This document shows positions 60,575-64,000 of a stretch of 64,000 nt of DNA, in pieces (the stretch's first letter is position 1; each line of letters begins with the position of its first letter). The position numbers and the translations under genes are program-made. Origin of the DNA: Trueperaceae bacterium. GTDB taxonomy: Bacteria > Deinococcota > Deinococci > Deinococcales > Trueperaceae. The DNA lies in assembly GCA_965215565.1 (NCBI GenBank), contig CBDCDZ010000004.1, positions 2,720,001-2,784,000 on the forward strand, read 5' to 3'. Below the pieces are notes generated by a model, which did not search any database, had not been told where the DNA came from, and worked only from the letters and a program-made list of their open reading frames with translations.

Positions 60575-60988
60575 GTGGCTGACACTAATTCCAAAAAGGA
60601 GCAGAGTCTAGGCGCGCTTTTCGCCGACCTCTCCGACAAAACAACCTTACTCATCCGCCAAGAGATCGACCTCGCCAAGCAGGAGATGACCGACAAGGTC
60701 AAACGTGCCGTAATGGACGTAGTGTCTTTTCTCGTCGGCGCGTTCATCGCCTACATCGGGCTTCTGGCGCTTATCGCCGCCGCCGCCATCGCCCTCGCGT
60801 TGGTCTTACCTGACTGGGTGGCGACGCTCATCGTCGGTCTCGTCGTGATCGCGGTAGGTGGCATTATGGTGGTAGTAGGCATCAACAGCCTCAAAGACAT
60901 TAACCTCAAGCCGGAGCGCACGATCAGTACCCTTAAAGACAACCAAGCGCTTGCAGACGACGCGAAAGCCGTGAAGGAGCAGTCATGA
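60575..60988 (+). CDS. Holin-like (YhjD/Holin-X superfamily III) membrane protein
   Basis: SLGALFADLS...LIRQEIDLAKQE, two TM helices and PERTISTLK. Confidence 0.82.
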   Translation: MADTNSKKEQSLGALFADLSDKTTLLIRQEIDLAKQEMTDKVKRAVMDVVSFLVGAFIAYIGLLALIAAAAIALALVLPDWVATLIVGLVVIAVGGIMVVVGINSLKDINLKPERTISTLKDNQALADDAKAVKEQS

Positions 60989-61869
60989 GCGATAAGAATA
61001 AAAACAAGAAATCCCCGCTGGTTACAGGCAAAGACCGAAAGTCCGCCGATTCTTTAGCGAACAACGACGGCACCCTCGAGACCGGGTCCAACCTGCCGCA
61101 AGAGAGTGACCCTACAACCGCGCCCATTATTACGGGCGTAGATACGAACGAGCCCGTCGATCCGAACCCCACCTCGCTCGGCGAGACGCCCTCGCCCACC
61201 GAGCGCTCACTAAACACCGAGGACAAGCTGAGGGACTCGTACGGGCGTCCGATCGGCAGCACGGACATAGGGAGTACGGGCAGCCCAGGCTACCCCCGTC
61301 CGTCGGACCGCACGACAGATATAGACACCTCAGGTATGGGCACCTCCAACACGGGGAGCAGCTTCGGTAGCCAGGGTCAGTCCAGCAGCCAGTCGGGACA
61401 AGACACCACCGAGCAAGCCAAGCGCGAAGCGCAGCAGCGCGGCGAGCAAGCGAAGCAGAAAACGCAAGAGGCGCGGCGCGAAGCAGAGCAGGGGGCGCAG
61501 AGAGCGAAGCGCGAAGCGCAGCAACGCGCCAAACAAGCCAAGCGCGGCTTCTCCAAAATGATGGACGAGCAACCCCTTGTCATCGGTTTAGCTGCGGCTC
61601 TAGTCGGCATCTTGGTCGGACTCGCCTTCCCCAGCACCCGCCGCGAAAACGAAATGATGGGCGACGTGAGCGACAGCGCCATTCAACGCGCCAAAGAGGT
61701 GGCGCAAAAGACTCTGGAAACCGCCAAAGAGACCGTGAAAGAAGAGGCGCGGAACCAAGGTCTGACGCCCGAGAGCCTCAAGCAAGAGGTGCAGGATGTA
61801 GCGCAGAAGACGGCAGATGAGGCGCAGAAGACCGCTAAAGAAGAGGCGAAGAAGAAGTCGAATAACTGA
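60985..61869 (+). CDS. LEA-like hydrophilic protein with central membrane anchor
   Basis: AKREAQQR repeats; EQPLVIGLAAALVG...PSTRRENEMMG. Confidence 0.7.
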   Translation: MSDKNKNKKSPLVTGKDRKSADSLANNDGTLETGSNLPQESDPTTAPIITGVDTNEPVDPNPTSLGETPSPTERSLNTEDKLRDSYGRPIGSTDIGSTGSPGYPRPSDRTTDIDTSGMGTSNTGSSFGSQGQSSSQSGQDTTEQAKREAQQRGEQAKQKTQEARREAEQGAQRAKREAQQRAKQAKRGFSKMMDEQPLVIGLAAALVGILVGLAFPSTRRENEMMGDVSDSAIQRAKEVAQKTLETAKETVKEEARNQGLTPESLKQEVQDVAQKTADEAQKTAKEEAKKKSNN

Positions 61870-61900
61870 AGTCTGTTGCTGCTTTATTTGGGCTCCATTT

Positions 61901-61928
61901 GGGCTCCTCGAGAGGGGAGCCTTTTTGT
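61901..61928 (+). terminator. Intrinsic terminator
   Basis: GGCTCCTC-GAGA-GGGGAGCC followed by TTTTTG. Confidence 0.7.
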
Positions 61929-61975
61929 TGGATGCAAACGTCTACGATTGCTCAATCTATAGATGAGCGAAAAAA

Positions 61976-62509
61976 CTAGAACGGGTCGTAGTCGTACTCG
62001 TATAAAAACCAACCGTTGCCTAACTCTTTGCGAGAAGACTTCACAATATAGCCATCCTCAAATATCTCGAGAGCACCCCCACCGCTAACCCACGAGTAAC
62101 CAAAATGTTTGGAGCCGAAGATACCCTCCTGAAAACCTGTCATGAGGTTAACTTTTACACCTTCATCACCCTTATAAACCTCAACCTCTTGCACTTTAGC
62201 GCGTCCCATAGCTCGGTGTAGCGGTCTCTGCTCTTTTGGTGGAGGGTCGAAAATTCTCTGCCACCATGCACGGTGATTTACCGCTTCCACATTAGCAGCA
62301 AGAGCTTCGTGGACAACAGCCTCGAGTTCCCCCTGGTTACGCGCAAAGTGTGGCATTCTGGCGCTTTCGTCAGCTATACCTATAGGTCTGGCAAGTAGTG
62401 AAAAGAATAAGACTGGCGCAATGAGTAGAAGGACTAAAACAAGTTTCACCATAACTATCGCCACTTCGATGTAGCGGTTTGTCGTGCTGCTTCCCTCTTC
62501 AACTGACAT
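61976..62509 (-). CDS. Hypothetical membrane-anchored protein (AT-richer)
   Basis: N-terminal TM helix; start uncertain (62509 or 62452). Confidence 0.5.
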   Translation of the reverse strand: MSVEEGSSTTNRYIEVAIVMVKLVLVLLLIAPVLFFSLLARPIGIADESARMPHFARNQGELEAVVHEALAANVEAVNHRAWWQRIFDPPPKEQRPLHRAMGRAKVQEVEVYKGDEGVKVNLMTGFQEGIFGSKHFGYSWVSGGGALEIFEDGYIVKSSRKELGNGWFLYEYDYDPF

Positions 62510-62579
62510 TACCAAAGTATAGGTGCCATCTGAGTTGGCTCGCTCAGAAGCGTCACACCTTCTAACCTCTTCTAAACCC

Positions 62580-63482
62580 TCAAAACACCACCGTCTTATT
62601 CCCAAATACGAGCACCCTATCCTCCAAATGCGCCGCCACCGCCTTCGCAAGTACAGCACGCTCAATTTCCCGCCCCACTCTCACAAGGTCTTTCGCCGAC
62701 TCCTTGTGCGACACCCGCGCCACATCCTGCTCGATGATGGGACCTTCGTCCAAATCATCCGTGACGTAGTGCGCGGTCGCGCCGATGAGCTTCACGCCGC
62801 GCTCGTAAGCGTGTTTATAGGGGTTCGCGCCGACGAAGGCGGGCAAGAAGGAGTGGTGGATGTTGAGGATGCGCTGCGGGTAGTGCGCGACGAACTCCGA
62901 GGAGAGAATCTGCATGTAGCGGGCTAAAACGATGAAGTCCACCTCTCCGTCTAAAAGCGCCAACACCTGCGCCTCTTGTTCGGCTTTGGTCTCCTTTGTA
63001 ACGGGTAAGTGGTGAAAGGTCAAGCCAAACGATTCCACCATCTCGCGCAGGTCTTCGTGGTTGGACACGACGAAGGGGATGTCCACGTCGAACTCGCCGC
63101 TGCGGACGCGCCAAAGGAGTTCTAACAAGCAGTGGTCGTACTTGGAAACCATGACGGCCATGCGCTTGGTGTTGTCGGCGTAGGAGATGCGCCAGTTCAT
63201 CGCAAAAGGTTTGGCGACGACGTCAGCGAAGGCGCGCTCGAGCTGCGGGCGCGTCACGTCTAAGTCTTCTAGGTAAAAGACCATGCGCATGAAGAACTCG
63301 CCGCCGGTAGGGTCCGTAGAGTGTTGGGCAGCGTCCAGGACGTTCGCGCCGTGCGCGTAGAGAAACTGCGAGACGGCGGCGACGATGCCGGGGCGGTCCG
63401 GGCAGGAGATGAGGAGTTTGGCGCTCTGACCTTTGGCGTTGTTAGAAGGTTGAGGGTTGGGCGAGAGGGCGTCTGGAGACAT
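62580..63482 (-). CDS. purU: Formyltetrahydrofolate deformylase
   Basis: ACT domain [31 protein letters not shown] and LDEGPIIEQ. Confidence 0.96.
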   Translation of the reverse strand: MSPDALSPNPQPSNNAKGQSAKLLISCPDRPGIVAAVSQFLYAHGANVLDAAQHSTDPTGGEFFMRMVFYLEDLDVTRPQLERAFADVVAKPFAMNWRISYADNTKRMAVMVSKYDHCLLELLWRVRSGEFDVDIPFVVSNHEDLREMVESFGLTFHHLPVTKETKAEQEAQVLALLDGEVDFIVLARYMQILSSEFVAHYPQRILNIHHSFLPAFVGANPYKHAYERGVKLIGATAHYVTDDLDEGPIIEQDVARVSHKESAKDLVRVGREIERAVLAKAVAAHLEDRVLVFGNKTVVF

Positions 63483-63617
63483 ACCGAAACTCTATCAGGT
63501 GGGCTTATTTTGTGTGCGAACCGTGTAGGGTTGAATATCCCTACGATGAACAGGTGGTTTGGGGATGAAGCTAGCTCGAGCCCGGCGCTGCCCAAACCGA
63601 GCAACCTACGGGCGCGT

Positions 63618-64000
63618 TCACGAGTTACCCCTACTGCGACGAGGTGCGCTGTCCAGCACCGAGCGTCCCAAATATAGCGCAAACGCCGCTGCCGAGACCG
63701 AACGCCCTAGATAATAGCCCTGCGCGTGGTCACAGCCTTGCTCCAATAAGAAATCGGCTTGCGCCTTTGTCTCTACCCCTTCGGCAGTGACGTTGAGCCC
63801 CAGCGCGTCCGCCATGAAGAGGATGGTCTCGACGATAGCGACGTCGCCCGCGTCGCCGGGCACGCCTTGAAGGAAGGAGCGGTCTATTTTAAGGGTTTGA
63901 ATAGGCAGGTTCTTGAGGTACGAGAGTGAGGAGTAGCCCGTCCCGAAGTCGTCAACCGAAACCTCTACGCCGCGTTCATTAAGCTGGCGTAGCAGCGCAA
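63618..64000 (-). CDS. EAL-domain protein, C-terminal part (truncated by window edge)
   Basis: VDDFGTGYSSLSYL, LKIDRSF, AEGVET and AQGYY. Confidence 0.92.
   Translation of the reverse strand, partial: ALLRQLNERGVEVSVDDFGTGYSSLSYLKNLPIQTLKIDRSFLQGVPGDAGDVAIVETILFMADALGLNVTAEGVETKAQADFLLEQGCDHAQGYYLGRSVSAAAFALYLGRSVLDSAPRRSRGNS

Noticed and set aside
60575..60988. Prophage lysis cassette
   Set aside because: The holin-like gene has no endolysin or phage neighbours; the context is a stress-type cluster.

Overview
GC-rich bacterial chromosome segment, most likely Deinococcota of the Truepera/Trueperaceae type. This is an inference from Nqo15, an SlpA-like S-layer gene, the obg-nadD-yqeK-lcp-rsfS order and pervasive leaderless genes. 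Coding content is mostly housekeeping: acyl-CoA carboxylase beta, trpF, ppx, rplU/rpmA/rplS, tRNA-Ala, acnA, rlmH, thyX, hpf, minDE, pcrA/uvrD (frameshifted), split mnmC-like genes and purU. Accessory content includes a receptor-less CheB-CheR-PAS/LuxR cluster, an Xre-RES toxin-antitoxin pair, a LEA-like/DUF3618 stress cluster and several tiny acidic lipoproteins. The strongest unexplained signal is intergenic. About 15-16 copies of a ~110-bp element bounded by TAGC...GCTA carry a covarying 13-bp internal stem, and 21/24-nt mini-elements have inserted into them repeatedly at fixed sites, sometimes nested. No transposase is present in the window. Also notable are a dense DnaA-box cluster with no dnaA nearby, an ATA-initiated rsfS preceded by an RDRM-like palindrome, and a 41-bp templated duplication beside an MFS gene. 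All calls were made by eye from sequence and motifs; no database searches were run.
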